From contig CAVYBU010000030.1 in NCBI GenBank assembly GCA_963766735.1, forward strand, positions 96,001 to 160,000: a stretch of DNA of 64,000 nucleotides, in the 5' to 3' direction. Below are positions 1-9,866 of the stretch, piece after piece. The notes under the pieces were generated by a model. That model did not search any database and was not told the origin of the DNA. It was given only the letters and a program-made list of their open reading frames with translations. Every line of letters starts with the position of its first letter. Position 1 is the first letter of the stretch. The stretch is from an uncultured Chloroflexia bacterium. Lineage in GTDB: Bacteria; Chloroflexota; Limnocylindria; Limnocylindrales; CSP1-4. A program made the position numbers and the translations under genes.

Positions 1-2342
1 AGGTAGGCCTCCATGTTGATGGCCTTGTGACCCACGTCCGTCTTGCTCTTGGCGGGGCAGACGTCAACGCACACGCCGCACCCGGTGCAGTCGTCCGGGG
101 CGACCTGGATGGTGAGGCGGTGGTCCAGGAGCTCGCGGGACTTGAACTCCTTGCTGGCGAACCCGACGGGGGAGGCGGGGAGCGCCGCCTCCGGGTAGAC
201 CTTCATCCGGATTGCCGCGTGCGGGCAGACCATCGCGCACTTGCCGCAATCGATGCAGATCGCCTCGTCCCAGATCGGGATGAGCTGGGCGATCGCACGC
301 TTCTCGTACCTGGTCGTGCCGGTGGGGAACGTGCCGTCCACGGGCAGCGCACTCACCGGCAGCAGGTCGCCCTCGCCGGCCATGAGGCGGGCCGTGACGT
401 CGCGGATGAAGTCAGGCGCCGTGTCGGGGACGAGGGACCGGATCGGCCGGGCCTCTCCGACCGGCCGCAGGGCCACCTTGCCCAGTCGCTCGATCGAGAG
501 GTCGATCGCAGCGTAGTTGCGCTTGACGACGGCATCGCCGCGCTTCGCATAGGTCTTCTTGACGAAGTCCTTGATCCGCTCGACTGCCTCCTCGGCCGGC
601 AGGACGCCGGAGAGGTGGAAGAAGCAGGGCTGCATGATCGTGTTGATGCGGTTGCCCATGCCGGTCTCGGCCGCCACCGCCATCGCGTCGATCACCCACA
701 GGCTGATCTGCTTCTCCACCAGCTGGTGCTGGATCTCGACGGGAAGGTGATCCCAGACCTCGTCGGGGCCGTACGGCGAGTTGAGCAGGAATGTGGCGCC
801 CCGCTTGGCGTGCTCCAGGACCTTGACGGTCTGGAGCAGGCCGAACTGGTGGCAGGCCACGAAGTCCGCGTCGTCCACGAGGTACGTGGAGCGGATGGGC
901 TCCGGCCCGAAGCGCAGGTGCGAGGCGGTGACGCTGCCGGACTTCTTGGAGTCATAGACGAAGTAGCCCTGGGTGTAGAGATCCGTCCCCTCTCCGATGA
1001 TCTTCACCGACGCCTTGTTCGCGCCGACGGTCCCGTCCGAGCCGAGGCCGTAGAACAGGGCCTGCACCTCACCTGCCGGCCGCGGGTGTCCGAACGACGT
1101 CGCGATCGGAAGGCTGAGGTTGGTGACGTCGTCGTAGATGCCGACCGTGAAGTGGCGCTTCGGCTTCGCGGCGAGCATCTCGTCGAAGATCGGCTTGATC
1201 ATCGACGGCGTGAACTCCTTGGAGGAGAGGCCGTAGCGGCCGCCGATGACGCGCGGGATCGTCGCGAACGGCGGGTCGTCGCGGTCCATCGCCTCGGCCA
1301 GGGTGGCAACCACCGCCTGGTACATCGGCTCGCCGACGGCGCCCGGCTCCTTGGTGCGGTCGAGCACGGCGATCGCGCGGACCGTCTTCGGGAGTGCGGC
1401 CACGAGCTGCTCGCTGGGGAACGGCTGGAAGAGCCGGATGGTGATCATCCCGATCTTCTCACCGGCGGCGACCAGGGTGTCCACGGTCTCCTCGACCGCG
1501 CCCGCCCCGGAACCCATCACCACCACGACGCGGTCTGCGTCCGGAGCGCCGTGGTACTCCGCCAGCGAGTAGCGGCGGCCTGTCTGGGCGGCCAGCTCGT
1601 CGAAAACCTCCTGCACGATCCCGGGCACCGCGTCGTGGTACGGGTTGCACGCCTCGCGGGCCTGGAAGAACACGTCGGGGTTCTGCGCGGTACCGCGCAC
1701 GACCGGCGTCTCGGAGGTGAGGCCGCGGCGGCGGAACGCGAGGAGGTCTTCCTCGCGAATCAGCGCGCGGATCTGCTCGTAATCCAGGACCGAGATCTTG
1801 TTGACCTCGTGGCTCGTCCGGAAACCGTCGAAGAAGTGGAGGAACGGCACCCGGGCCCGCAGCGTGGCCGCGTGGGCGACCAGCGCGAAGTCGTGCGCCT
1901 CCTGGACCGAGCCCGCCGCCATCATCGCCCATCCCGTCGCACGGGCATGCATGACGTCGCTGTGGTCGCCGAAGATCGAGAGGGCGTGGGTCGCGAGCGT
2001 CCGCGCCGCCACGTGGATCACCGAAGGCGTGAGCTCGCCGGCGATCTTGAACATGTTCGGGATCATCAGGAGCAGGCCCTGCGACGCGGTGAACGTCGTC
2101 GCGAACGCGCCCTTCTGCAGCGCCCCGTGCATCGCGCCGGCGGCGCCGGCCTCTGACTGCATCTGGGCCACGGCGGGCACGGCGCCCCAGAGGTTCGGAC
2201 GGCCGGCCGCGGACCAGTCATCGCAGTACTCGGCCATCGGCGAGGCCGGGGTGATCGGGTAGATCGAGATGACCTCGCTCACGGCGTAGGCAACGCGGGC
2301 GGCAGCCTCGTTGCCATCGAGGCACTCCCAGTGCTGATCCAT
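1..2342 (-). CDS. nifJ: Pyruvate:ferredoxin (flavodoxin) oxidoreductase, N-terminal part; gene runs off the window start
   Basis: Manual minus-strand translation from ATG at 2342 gives MDQHWECLDGNEAAARVAYAVSEVISIYPITPASPMAEY, the typical PFOR N-terminus. Ferredoxin motifs CIDCGKCAMVCPHA (~215-260) and CTGCGVCVDVC (~58-90) follow. Absent from the ORF track because the stop lies outside the window. Confidence 0.95.
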   Translation of the reverse strand, partial: MDQHWECLDGNEAAARVAYAVSEVISIYPITPASPMAEYCDDWSAAGRPNLWGAVPAVAQMQSEAGAAGAMHGALQKGAFATTFTASQGLLLMIPNMFKIAGELTPSVIHVAARTLATHALSIFGDHSDVMHARATGWAMMAAGSVQEAHDFALVAHAATLRARVPFLHFFDGFRTSHEVNKISVLDYEQIRALIREEDLLAFRRRGLTSETPVVRGTAQNPDVFFQAREACNPYHDAVPGIVQEVFDELAAQTGRRYSLAEYHGAPDADRVVVVMGSGAGAVEETVDTLVAAGEKIGMITIRLFQPFPSEQLVAALPKTVRAIAVLDRTKEPGAVGEPMYQAVVATLAEAMDRDDPPFATIPRVIGGRYGLSSKEFTPSMIKPIFDEMLAAKPKRHFTVGIYDDVTNLSLPIATSFGHPRPAGEVQALFYGLGSDGTVGANKASVKIIGEGTDLYTQGYFVYDSKKSGSVTASHLRFGPEPIRSTYLVDDADFVACHQFGLLQTVKVLEHAKRGATFLLNSPYGPDEVWDHLPVEIQHQLVEKQISLWVIDAMAVAAETGMGNRINTIMQPCFFHLSGVLPAEEAVERIKDFVKKTYAKRGDAVVKRNYAAIDLSIERLGKVALRPVGEARPIRSLVPDTAPDFIRDVTARLMAGEGDLLPVSALPVDGTFPTGTTRYEKRAIAQLIPIWDEAICIDCGKCAMVCPHAAIRMKVYPEAALPASPVGFASKEFKSRELLDHRLTIQVAPDDCTGCGVCVDVCPAKSKTDVGHKAINMEAY

Positions 2343-2622
2343 CAGTCTTCTGCATCCTTTCGGGCGGCGCGAGCCACCCGGGTCCTGGTGGCGGCGGGGA
2401 CGGGAATCGGCAAGGCGCGGAGCCTTCGATGCCAGCACCAAGTTTGCGCCACCCGAGCCGCGCGCGGGCAGGCGATCGGAACTGTCCAGGCGGCCCCCCG
2501 GTCACCGGATTACGTGCGCTCAGGGGGCCGTTTGGCCCTCGAAGCGCCCGGCCGGGCCCGCCGCGGGCCGGTGCCCCCTGCACGGCTCCCGGCGAGCGGC
2601 GATTCAGGGCACCATAGCGTCC

Positions 2623-3459
2623 ATGCCAGCCCGTGATGCCGCCCGCGACGATGCCTGGCGCGCCGTCCGCGCGGCCTCGCCGCCCGGCTCCGCAGGCCCA
2701 AAGCGCGCGAGGCTCACGTTCCTCGGCCACTCCACGGTGCTCATCGAGGTTGACGATCTCCGGATCCTCACCGACCCGGTGCTTCGCCGGGGTCTCGGCC
2801 CGGTCCGCCGTCAGGTGCAAGCGGTCCTGCCCGAGCTGTTCGCGGATCTCGACGCGGTGTTCATCAGCCACGGTCACCACGACCACCTCGATCCGCCGTC
2901 GCTCCGCAGGATCCCCGGCCGGCCCACGGTGATCGTGCCGCGTGGCTTCGGGCGGACCGTGGCCAAGATCGGGCTCGGCCCGGTGGAGGAGGTTGAGCCG
3001 GGCGACCGCCTGACCATCGACCAGGTCCATGTCGAGATCGTCCGTGCCGAGCACTCCGGCCGGCGTGAGCCGCTCGGACCGGAGGGTCCCGCGCTGGGCT
3101 GCGTGGTGGCGGGCTCGCGCACGATCTACTTCCCCGGAGACACCGACGTCTTCCCCGAGATGGCCGCCCTGGCCGGACGCCTGGACGCGGCGTTGCTGCC
3201 GGTCTGGGGCTGGGGCCCGACGATCGGGCCAGGGCACATGAACCCGGAGCGGGCGGCGGAGGCAGCCGCGATCCTGCGCCCCGCGCTCGCGGTCCCGATC
3301 CACTTCGGGACGTTCTACCCAGCGGGCTTGCGGCGATTCGTGCCGGAGCCGTTCGAGACGCCGGGCTCGGCCTTCGTCGAGGCCGCGGCCCGCCTGGCGC
3401 CCGGGATCCCGGTCCGGCTCCTGACGCCCGGCGAGGCCATCGACCTGCCAGCCCGGTAG
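2623..3459 (+). CDS. MBL-fold metallo-hydrolase (UlaG/RomA-like)
   Basis: LTFLGHSTVLIE, ILTDP, SHGHHDHLD (HxHxDH), YFPGDT, GHMNP, PIHFGTF motifs. Confidence 0.9.
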   Translation: MPARDAARDDAWRAVRAASPPGSAGPKRARLTFLGHSTVLIEVDDLRILTDPVLRRGLGPVRRQVQAVLPELFADLDAVFISHGHHDHLDPPSLRRIPGRPTVIVPRGFGRTVAKIGLGPVEEVEPGDRLTIDQVHVEIVRAEHSGRREPLGPEGPALGCVVAGSRTIYFPGDTDVFPEMAALAGRLDAALLPVWGWGPTIGPGHMNPERAAEAAAILRPALAVPIHFGTFYPAGLRRFVPEPFETPGSAFVEAAARLAPGIPVRLLTPGEAIDLPAR

Positions 3460-3557
3460 CCGGGCTGGCAGGGCACGCAGACGTAGACTGACTCGGAACC
3501 CAACGCGACCGGGCGCCCGCCCAGGTCTCGACCCACAAGCCCGCGTGGAGACCGCAC

Positions 3558-4428
3558 ATGCATCGACAACTCCTCGCCAAGCGCGCCACGCTGCGCCTCG
3601 TGGCCCCGCTCGCCGCCGTGGCCGTGGTCCTCGCTGCCTGCTCGACGGGCGGCGGCTCAACCGGAGCTGGCGCGGCATCTCCGACCGCCGTCGCCGAAGT
3701 GCCGTCCGAGGCACCAGGGGGCGCCTCCGCCCTCGAGGGCACGAACTGGCAGCTGACTGGCTACGCGGGGCCGCAGGGAAACGCGGTCCCGGTCCCCGAG
3801 CTGGTGGCTGCTACCGCCGTGTTCGAGGGAGGGACGGTCTCCGGCAACGCCGGCTGCAACTCCTTCACCGGCAGCTACACGCTGGACGGCGATACGCTCA
3901 CGGTCGGCCTCCTGGGGATGACCAAGATGGCCTGCCCCGATGTCCAGATGGCCCTCGAGTCGGCCTTCACGACCGTGCTGGGCAACGTGGTGACGTGGTC
4001 AATCAGGGGTGACGTCCTGGAGCTCCATGACCGAGGACGGCAAGGTCGGTCTCACGTTTGTCGCGGTTGCGAATCCTGCGCTCACCGGTACGCGGTGGGT
4101 CGCGACCGGGATCAACAACGGCAAGGGTGCCGTCACGAGCGTCGTGGGCGGCGTCGAGGTGACCGCTGTCTTTGCCGAGGACGGCAACGTGGCGGGCTCG
4201 GGCGGCTGCAACGGGTACAGCGCCACCTACACCGTCGACGGATCGAGCATCAGGATCGGTCCGACCGCGGGGACGATGATGGCCTGTGAGGACGACGTCA
4301 ACACCCAGGAGACCGCGTACTACGCGGCGCTGGCGGCGGCCACCACATTCGGTTTCCGTGACGGCAACCTTGAGCTGCGGGACGACGGTGGCGCGCTCCA
4401 GGTCTCGTACCGGGCCACGATCCCCTGA
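3558..4428 (+). pseudogene. Lipoprotein with two META (HslJ) domains, interrupted by a +1 frameshift at ~4026-4032 (real or sequencing error)
   Basis: Lipobox VLAAC. First META domain (SGNAGCNSFTGSY...MTKMAC) is in ORF 3558-4289 and the second (GSGGCNGYSATY...TMMAC) in ORF 4009-4428. Removing one C joins them (…LELHDEDGKVGLTF…). Confidence 0.85.
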
Positions 4429-4495
4429 CCTCATCCCGGCCACTCCAGCCCGACTGCCACGCTGCGAGGCGCGGATGTCGGCAGCGACCCCGTGG

Positions 4496-5173
4496 CTACC
4501 CGGGTCGCGCGGAACCGTCGACCGCCACCGGGACTTCAGGCTCGGTTGGCGCCTCCACCTCCGCGGGCGCCTCCGCCTCGACGGGAAGCACCTCCGGATC
4601 GGGGATCCCCGCTGTGGCCGGCTGGATCGGCTCGTCCGGCAGTGTCTCCACGGGGCCACGCCCGGCTGCGACGCCGCGCGCCCGTTCCGACGTGCCCTTG
4701 AGGGCACCGCCGACTCTCTCACCGAGCCCTTGGGTCAGGCTGCTGGTCCTGGCCGCGATCCGTTCGCGCCTCGCCTTGCCTCGCCTGGGATCGAGGAGCA
4801 CGGCGGCCACCAGGCCCACACCGATGCCCGCTGCAAACCCGACAGCGAGGTGGGCGGTCCGGCTCTGGGCCCAACCCCGGGAATAGGCGCGGTCGTAGCG
4901 GTCACGGTCCGTCCCCGGCCAGTCGCGCTCCAGACGTGCGACGAGCGCCTGCAGACGGGGCGTCGAAGCCGCGCCGCGGATGCGCCCGCCGATCTCGTCC
5001 ATGCGGTCGTCGAGGCGCAGGTCGCCGCCGGCCTTCACCAGGTCGCGCCGGACGTTGCGCGCGAGCTCGGTCGCATGATCGAGGCGAGCCTTGGTCGCGC
5101 CGGGTTCGTCGGCGAGCAGGGCGGTGTCGATGCGGACGGGAAACGCTTCTCGCGCGCGGTCGAGGATGGTCAC
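4496..5173 (-). CDS. Hypothetical membrane-anchored protein with a YtxH-like segment
   Basis: Hydrophobic helix followed by LLDPRRGKARRERI (YtxH-like); acidic Pro-rich tail; GGAGGG upstream of GTG. Confidence 0.6.
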   Translation of the reverse strand: MTILDRAREAFPVRIDTALLADEPGATKARLDHATELARNVRRDLVKAGGDLRLDDRMDEIGGRIRGAASTPRLQALVARLERDWPGTDRDRYDRAYSRGWAQSRTAHLAVGFAAGIGVGLVAAVLLDPRRGKARRERIAARTSSLTQGLGERVGGALKGTSERARGVAAGRGPVETLPDEPIQPATAGIPDPEVLPVEAEAPAEVEAPTEPEVPVAVDGSARPG

Positions 5174-5528
5174 GTGGCGGGCCCTCCGTCTGGCTTCTCC
5201 GCATCAACGTGTGAGCGGGATCGTGGTGCACCGGCTGACGGTCCGGGGCGAGCATCACGGATCCACAGGATAGCCCGGGCCGGCGCCGTGCGGCAATCCT
5301 GACCGGTCTTCGTGACGCACATCCCAACGTCCGTCCGCCGTCCCGTCCGTCCGTCCGCCGCCCCCGCCGCTCGTCCATCGACCTGGTGACACATAGCGGA
5401 ACCGCGGGTGCGGGGTGCGACGTGGCGGGACGGGGCCGGTGGCGCGAGAACGGGGTCGGGACGGGAGGAAGCCCCAGCGCTGAGGATGGAGCAGATGCGC
5501 CCCCTTGGTTCACGATCTGAATTGGGAC

Positions 5529-5557
5529 TTGACATAATGGTAAACAGGACTTATAAA
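5529..5557 (+). promoter_or_regulatory. Near-consensus sigma70 promoter of the DUF2089 operon
   Basis: TTGACA (5529-5534), 17-nt spacer, TATAAA (5552-5557), in an AT-rich island 35 nt upstream of the start codon. Confidence 0.85.
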
Positions 5558-5591
5558 ACCGAAAGCAATCTACGCTTTATGGGGTTCGGTC

Positions 5592-6029
5592 GTGCTCTAT
5601 GACATCATCGCCACCTGTCCCGTCTGCACGGGTGAGCTCGCGGTGACGCGGCTGCGCTGCGGCAACTGCGGGACGACCATCGAGGGGGAGTTCGGGGTGG
5701 GGCGGTTCGCCAGCCTCACCCGCGAGCAGACGCAGGTCCTGGAGAGCTTCCTGCGCAGCCGCGGCAACCTCCGCGACATGGAGCGGGAGCTCGGGATCAG
5801 CTACCCGACGGTTCGCGCCCGCGTGGAGGCGCTGATCCGCGCCCTCGGGTTCGGGCCCCGGGACGAGGCGGATCCGGCCCCGAGCGGCGGGGCTCAGCCG
5901 GGCGCCGCCCCCACCGCAGATGAGAGCCAGGCCGCCCGGCGCGACATCCTGGAGCGCCTCGCCGCGCACGAGCTGAGCGCCGAGCAGGCCGCCGAGGCCA
6001 TTCGCGCGCTGGGAGGGAACGCCAAGTGA
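5592..6029 (+). CDS. DUF2089 family protein (Zn-ribbon + HTH + C-terminal SHOCT-like helices), putative regulator
   Basis: CPVC...CGNCGTTIEGEF zinc ribbon; RGNLRDMERELGISYPTVRARV HTH. Confidence 0.9.
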   Translation: MLYDIIATCPVCTGELAVTRLRCGNCGTTIEGEFGVGRFASLTREQTQVLESFLRSRGNLRDMERELGISYPTVRARVEALIRALGFGPRDEADPAPSGGAQPGAAPTADESQAARRDILERLAAHELSAEQAAEAIRALGGNAK

Positions 6030-7120
6030 CAGCGAACGCAGCCATCATCTCCCACGCCCGCGAGCTGCCGCTGGACCCGGGTGGGTCCGTGGAGATCGTC
6101 CTCGCGGCCAGCGACCTGAGGATCCGCGGGATCGACGGTGACCGGGTGGTCGTCAGGGCCCGGGACGGCAAGCCCCTGGACGATCGCGTCCACTTCGAGA
6201 CCGCCCCCGGCGTCGTCCGCATCCGGGACGGCGAGGGCGGCTTCCGGGACGGCGAGGGCGGGTTCAAGCTGGGACCGGTCCAGGTGCGCATTCGTCGTTC
6301 CCCGGACCTCGACATCGAGCTTCCCCGGACCGCCGTGGTCTCGCTCCGCACGACGAGCGGTGACGTGGAAGCCCTCGGGATCGGCGGCGCCAGCCGATGG
6401 GCGTCGGCGTCGGGTGACCTGCGGGTCTCCGTGTCTGCCGGTCCGGTGCACCTGGACACGATGGCGGGCGATGCCGTCCTCGAGTCCTCGGTCGATATCG
6501 CCCTGACGGCTCGGACGGTGTCCGGTGACCTGAAGGTCCGGGCGCCGCGCCTGGAGACCCTCGACGCCAGCACCACCAGCGGGGACATCCGGGTGGAGGG
6601 GGACCTCGCCCAGGGCGCCCGCCACAGCATCAGCTCCGTCTCGGGCGACGTCGACATCATCACGGGCAGCCCGGTCCGCCTGGAGGCCCAGACCATCGCC
6701 GGCGACATCCGGGCGACCGGGCCGCACGCCACGGAGGGTGGCCAGGGACGCCGCACGCTGGTCGTGGGCAAGGGATCCGTTCCGCTGTCCGTGCGCACGA
6801 CCTCGGGCGACGTTCGGCTCCGGATCGTGAGCGGACCCGGGATCCTCGCCCCGCAGCCTCCGGTGGTCGCCGTGGCGCCGGCCCCGCCCGAGCTCACCGC
6901 CCAGCCGCCGGCGCTCGACCCAGCCAGTGAGCCCCGACCTCTCAACGAGGAGGACACCCAGGCCTGGAACGCCCCTGAGCCGGCGATCGACCGGCGCGAG
7001 GCCGATCGCCTGGATGTGCTCCGGGCCCTCGAGCGCGGGGACGTCGACATCGAGACGGCCTCCCGTCACCTCGAGGCGCTGGACGAAGCCGGCCCTCGCT
7101 CCTTCCGGGGGTGGTGCTGA
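6026..7120 (+). CDS. DUF4097 (toast-rack/adhesin-like beta-repeat) protein with C-terminal SHOCT-like motif
   Basis: Repeated T(T/V)SGD(V/L/I) motifs; overlaps the upstream stop (GTGA). Confidence 0.85.
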   Translation: MTANAAIISHARELPLDPGGSVEIVLAASDLRIRGIDGDRVVVRARDGKPLDDRVHFETAPGVVRIRDGEGGFRDGEGGFKLGPVQVRIRRSPDLDIELPRTAVVSLRTTSGDVEALGIGGASRWASASGDLRVSVSAGPVHLDTMAGDAVLESSVDIALTARTVSGDLKVRAPRLETLDASTTSGDIRVEGDLAQGARHSISSVSGDVDIITGSPVRLEAQTIAGDIRATGPHATEGGQGRRTLVVGKGSVPLSVRTTSGDVRLRIVSGPGILAPQPPVVAVAPAPPELTAQPPALDPASEPRPLNEEDTQAWNAPEPAIDRREADRLDVLRALERGDVDIETASRHLEALDEAGPRSFRGWC

Positions 7121-7548
7121 TGGCCACCGATCCGCTGGAGCAGGTCCTCAGACTCGTCGCCGACGGCACTGTCAGCGCCGAGGAAGCCGCTTCGATCCTT
7201 GCCGCGCTCGACGCCCGGTCCGGGCACACCGCGACGGCCGGCACCGGGGACACCCGGAAGGCCCCGCCCCGCGACGTGCCGCCCGCCGGCTCCAGCCACG
7301 GCTCCCAGCCCGACGTCGACGCCGGCGGTCGAGCGGCGGTGTCGCTCCGGCTCGAGGTCAGCGAGGGCGGCCGCCAGATCGTGAACCTCCGCCTGCCGAT
7401 CGCCGTCGGCCGCCTGGCCCTGGACCGCGTGCCCGGGCTTTCCGGGGACCAGGTTGACCGCGTCCGCGAGGCGCTCAACAGCGGCATGCGAGGTCCGGTC
7501 CTGGAGGTCGACGACGGCGACAACGTGGTCCGGATCGTCCTGGAGTGA
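7120..7548 (+). CDS. SHOCT-like domain protein (DUF2089 operon partner)
   Basis: N-terminal PLEQVLRLVADGTVSAEEAASILAAL; C-terminal VNLRLP...GPVLEVDDGDNVVRIVLE; TGATG coupling. Confidence 0.75.
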   Translation: MATDPLEQVLRLVADGTVSAEEAASILAALDARSGHTATAGTGDTRKAPPRDVPPAGSSHGSQPDVDAGGRAAVSLRLEVSEGGRQIVNLRLPIAVGRLALDRVPGLSGDQVDRVREALNSGMRGPVLEVDDGDNVVRIVLE

Positions 7549-8912
7549 ACTCTCTGGCGGGGGCCCGCTCCCTGCCGATGTGGCGGGCGTTCGGGGTCCG
7601 CGACTTCCGCCTCCTGTGGGCGAGCGAGGCCATCTCCGTCCTCGGCGACCAGTTCCACTACATCGCCCTCGCCTGGCTGGTGATCAGCCTCACCAGCTCC
7701 GGCCTCGCGCTCGGCGCTGTGCTGATCGCTGTCGCCGTGCCCCGGGCAGTCCTCATCGTGCCGTTCGGCGTCCTCGCCGACCGCCGTCCGGCCAGAGGGT
7801 TGATGGTCGCCGCCCACGTTGCGCGGGGCGTCATCGTCGGCGTCATTGCCGCCCTGGCGATGAACGGCATGGCCTCCGTTCCTGCCCTGATGGTCCTCGG
7901 CGTCCTGTTCGGTGCCGCGGACGCCCTGTACATGCCCGCCCAGCAGGCGTTCCTGCCGCGAGCAGTGGAGGCGGATCGCCTGCCGTCGGCGAACGCGCTG
8001 CTGCAGGGCACCCTCCAGCTCTCATCGATGGTGGGCCCGCCGCTTGCCGGGATCGTCATCGCGATCGCCGGCACGGGGACAGCGTTCGCCGTTGACGCTG
8101 TCTCCTTCTTCGTCGCGGCCCTCGTCATCCTGCTCATGGGGCCGGCCACGGCTCACCGGATGGCGGACCCAGCAGCCGGTGTGGCGGCGCCCGCTGGGAC
8201 CACGCAAGTTGCGACCGCGCCCGTTGAGACCGCGCCTGTTGGGACCCCGCCCGCGCCAACGGGCCGGTCGTTCAGGGCGGAGCTGGTGGACGGCATTCGC
8301 TACGTCGCGGCCGACCCCGCGGTTCGCACCCTGCTGCTGCTGGCCATGGTGCTGAACTTCGCTCTCAACGGGCCCGCGGGTGTCGGGATTCCGTGGCTGG
8401 CGCAGCGGCGTTTTGACGCGGGTCCCATGGGTCTGGCTGCCATGGAGGCGGGCTGGGCCGCGGGCGCCCTCGTGGGGATCATGCTGGCCGGCAACGTGCG
8501 GCTTGAGCGCCAGGGCCGCGCGGTCGTCGCGGCCGTTGCCGTCGCCGGCGTGATGATGGTCGCCGTCGGATTGCTGGGCTCGCTGCCGGGCGTCGTCGTG
8601 GCACTCGCCGCGGCGGGCGCCACGATCGGCTACGTGAACGTCGTCGCGGTCTCGTGGCTGCAGGGCCGCATCCAGCCCGCGATGGTCGGTCGGGTCATGA
8701 GCATCGTGATGCTCATGGGGTTCGGGATCTCGCCCCTGTCGCTGGGGCTATCGGGCGCCCTGATCGACATCGACGCGACCGCCCTGTTCGTCGGGGCCGG
8801 TGTGCTGACGGTCGCCAGCGCCGTGTTCGCGGTCGCGGTGCGCCTGCCAGCGATGCTCGACGAGAGGCCCGCTCTCGCTCAGGTGGGTGCGGCGGGCGCG
8901 GCCGGATCCTAG
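7545..8912 (+). CDS. MFS transporter (MFS_3/DHA3-like exporter)
   Basis: RDFRLLWASEAISVLGDQ start, GVLADRRPAR motif A, about 12 hydrophobic helices. Confidence 0.9.
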   Translation: MNSLAGARSLPMWRAFGVRDFRLLWASEAISVLGDQFHYIALAWLVISLTSSGLALGAVLIAVAVPRAVLIVPFGVLADRRPARGLMVAAHVARGVIVGVIAALAMNGMASVPALMVLGVLFGAADALYMPAQQAFLPRAVEADRLPSANALLQGTLQLSSMVGPPLAGIVIAIAGTGTAFAVDAVSFFVAALVILLMGPATAHRMADPAAGVAAPAGTTQVATAPVETAPVGTPPAPTGRSFRAELVDGIRYVAADPAVRTLLLLAMVLNFALNGPAGVGIPWLAQRRFDAGPMGLAAMEAGWAAGALVGIMLAGNVRLERQGRAVVAAVAVAGVMMVAVGLLGSLPGVVVALAAAGATIGYVNVVAVSWLQGRIQPAMVGRVMSIVMLMGFGISPLSLGLSGALIDIDATALFVGAGVLTVASAVFAVAVRLPAMLDERPALAQVGAAGAAGS

Positions 8913-8953
8913 CCAGGCTCGCCGCATGACGGCGGACGACCCTCTGGCCGACC

Positions 8954-9778
8954 TCAGCCTGCGTTGGCCGCCGGAGTTTGCCCGGCGACGCCGGGCAGCG
9001 TCACGCTGAACCGGGCGCCGCCGCCGGCCGGGGAGTCGGCGCGGATGGTCCCGCCGTGTGCGTCGACGATCCGGCGCGCGATGGCGAGACCCAGGCCCGT
9101 GCCGCCGGACCCGTGCCGGGTCGTGCCCGACAGGCGGGTGAACGGCTCGAAGATCCGCTCCCGTTCGGCAGGTGGGATGCCAGGCCCTCGATCGTCCACC
9201 TCGATCACGGCATTCCCGTCGACGCCTCGCACTCTCACCGTGACGGTCTCCCCGGGCGGCGAGTGGTCGATCGCGTTGTCGATCAGGATGAGCAGCAGCT
9301 GCACCAGGCGGTAGCGGTCGACGGTCGCCGGGACCGGCATGGGCGCGTCCATCTCGAGGCGCACGCTCCGCTCGGCGGCCAGCGCCGTGGCGCCGCGGAC
9401 GGTGTCGGCGGCGAGCGCGGCCGCATCGAGACGAACTGGCTCGACGGTCAGCCGGGTCTCGTCCCAGGCGGCCAGCTGGAGCAGCTCACCCACGAGGCCG
9501 CCCAACCGGTCCGCCTCGCCGATGATGTCGGTGAGCAGAGCATCCCCGTCGCCGGTGACCAGCGCCTCGCGCTCCAGCACCTCGGCGTTGGCGCGGATCA
9601 GCGCGGCGGGCGTGCGGAGCTCGTGCGAGGCATCCGCGACAAACCGGCGCTGGGCCTCGAAGCTCTTCCTGATCGGGACGAGCGCGCGGCCCGTGACCAC
9701 GTAGGCGATCGCCGCCGCCCCGATCAGTCCCAGCGCGCCCACGATGAGGACGGCGAGCCGGCGGCCCGCCTGCACCAC
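8954..9778 (-). CDS. Orphan sensor histidine kinase (single TM + HisKA + HATPase_c); start uncertain
   Basis: RRFVADASHELRTP H-box; LIDNAIDHS N-box; DDRGPGI G1; GTGLGLAI G2. Confidence 0.85.
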   Translation of the reverse strand: MVQAGRRLAVLIVGALGLIGAAAIAYVVTGRALVPIRKSFEAQRRFVADASHELRTPAALIRANAEVLEREALVTGDGDALLTDIIGEADRLGGLVGELLQLAAWDETRLTVEPVRLDAAALAADTVRGATALAAERSVRLEMDAPMPVPATVDRYRLVQLLLILIDNAIDHSPPGETVTVRVRGVDGNAVIEVDDRGPGIPPAERERIFEPFTRLSGTTRHGSGGTGLGLAIARRIVDAHGGTIRADSPAGGGARFSVTLPGVAGQTPAANAG

Positions 9779-9866
9779 CCCGCCCGATCTCGGTCCGCGA
9801 CGGCGTACGCCTGCGCCGGAACCCCGTGGCCTGAGTGCGAGTGCCGGCCCGGCCTGAGTCCGATCC

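Noticed and set aside
27-2156. 709-aa plus-strand ORF
   Set aside because: Antisense shadow of the PFOR gene, typical of high-GC DNA, with no recognisable motifs.
5327-5375. (CGTC)n-like microrepeats
   Set aside because: Short, imperfect low-complexity GC tract with no supportable function.
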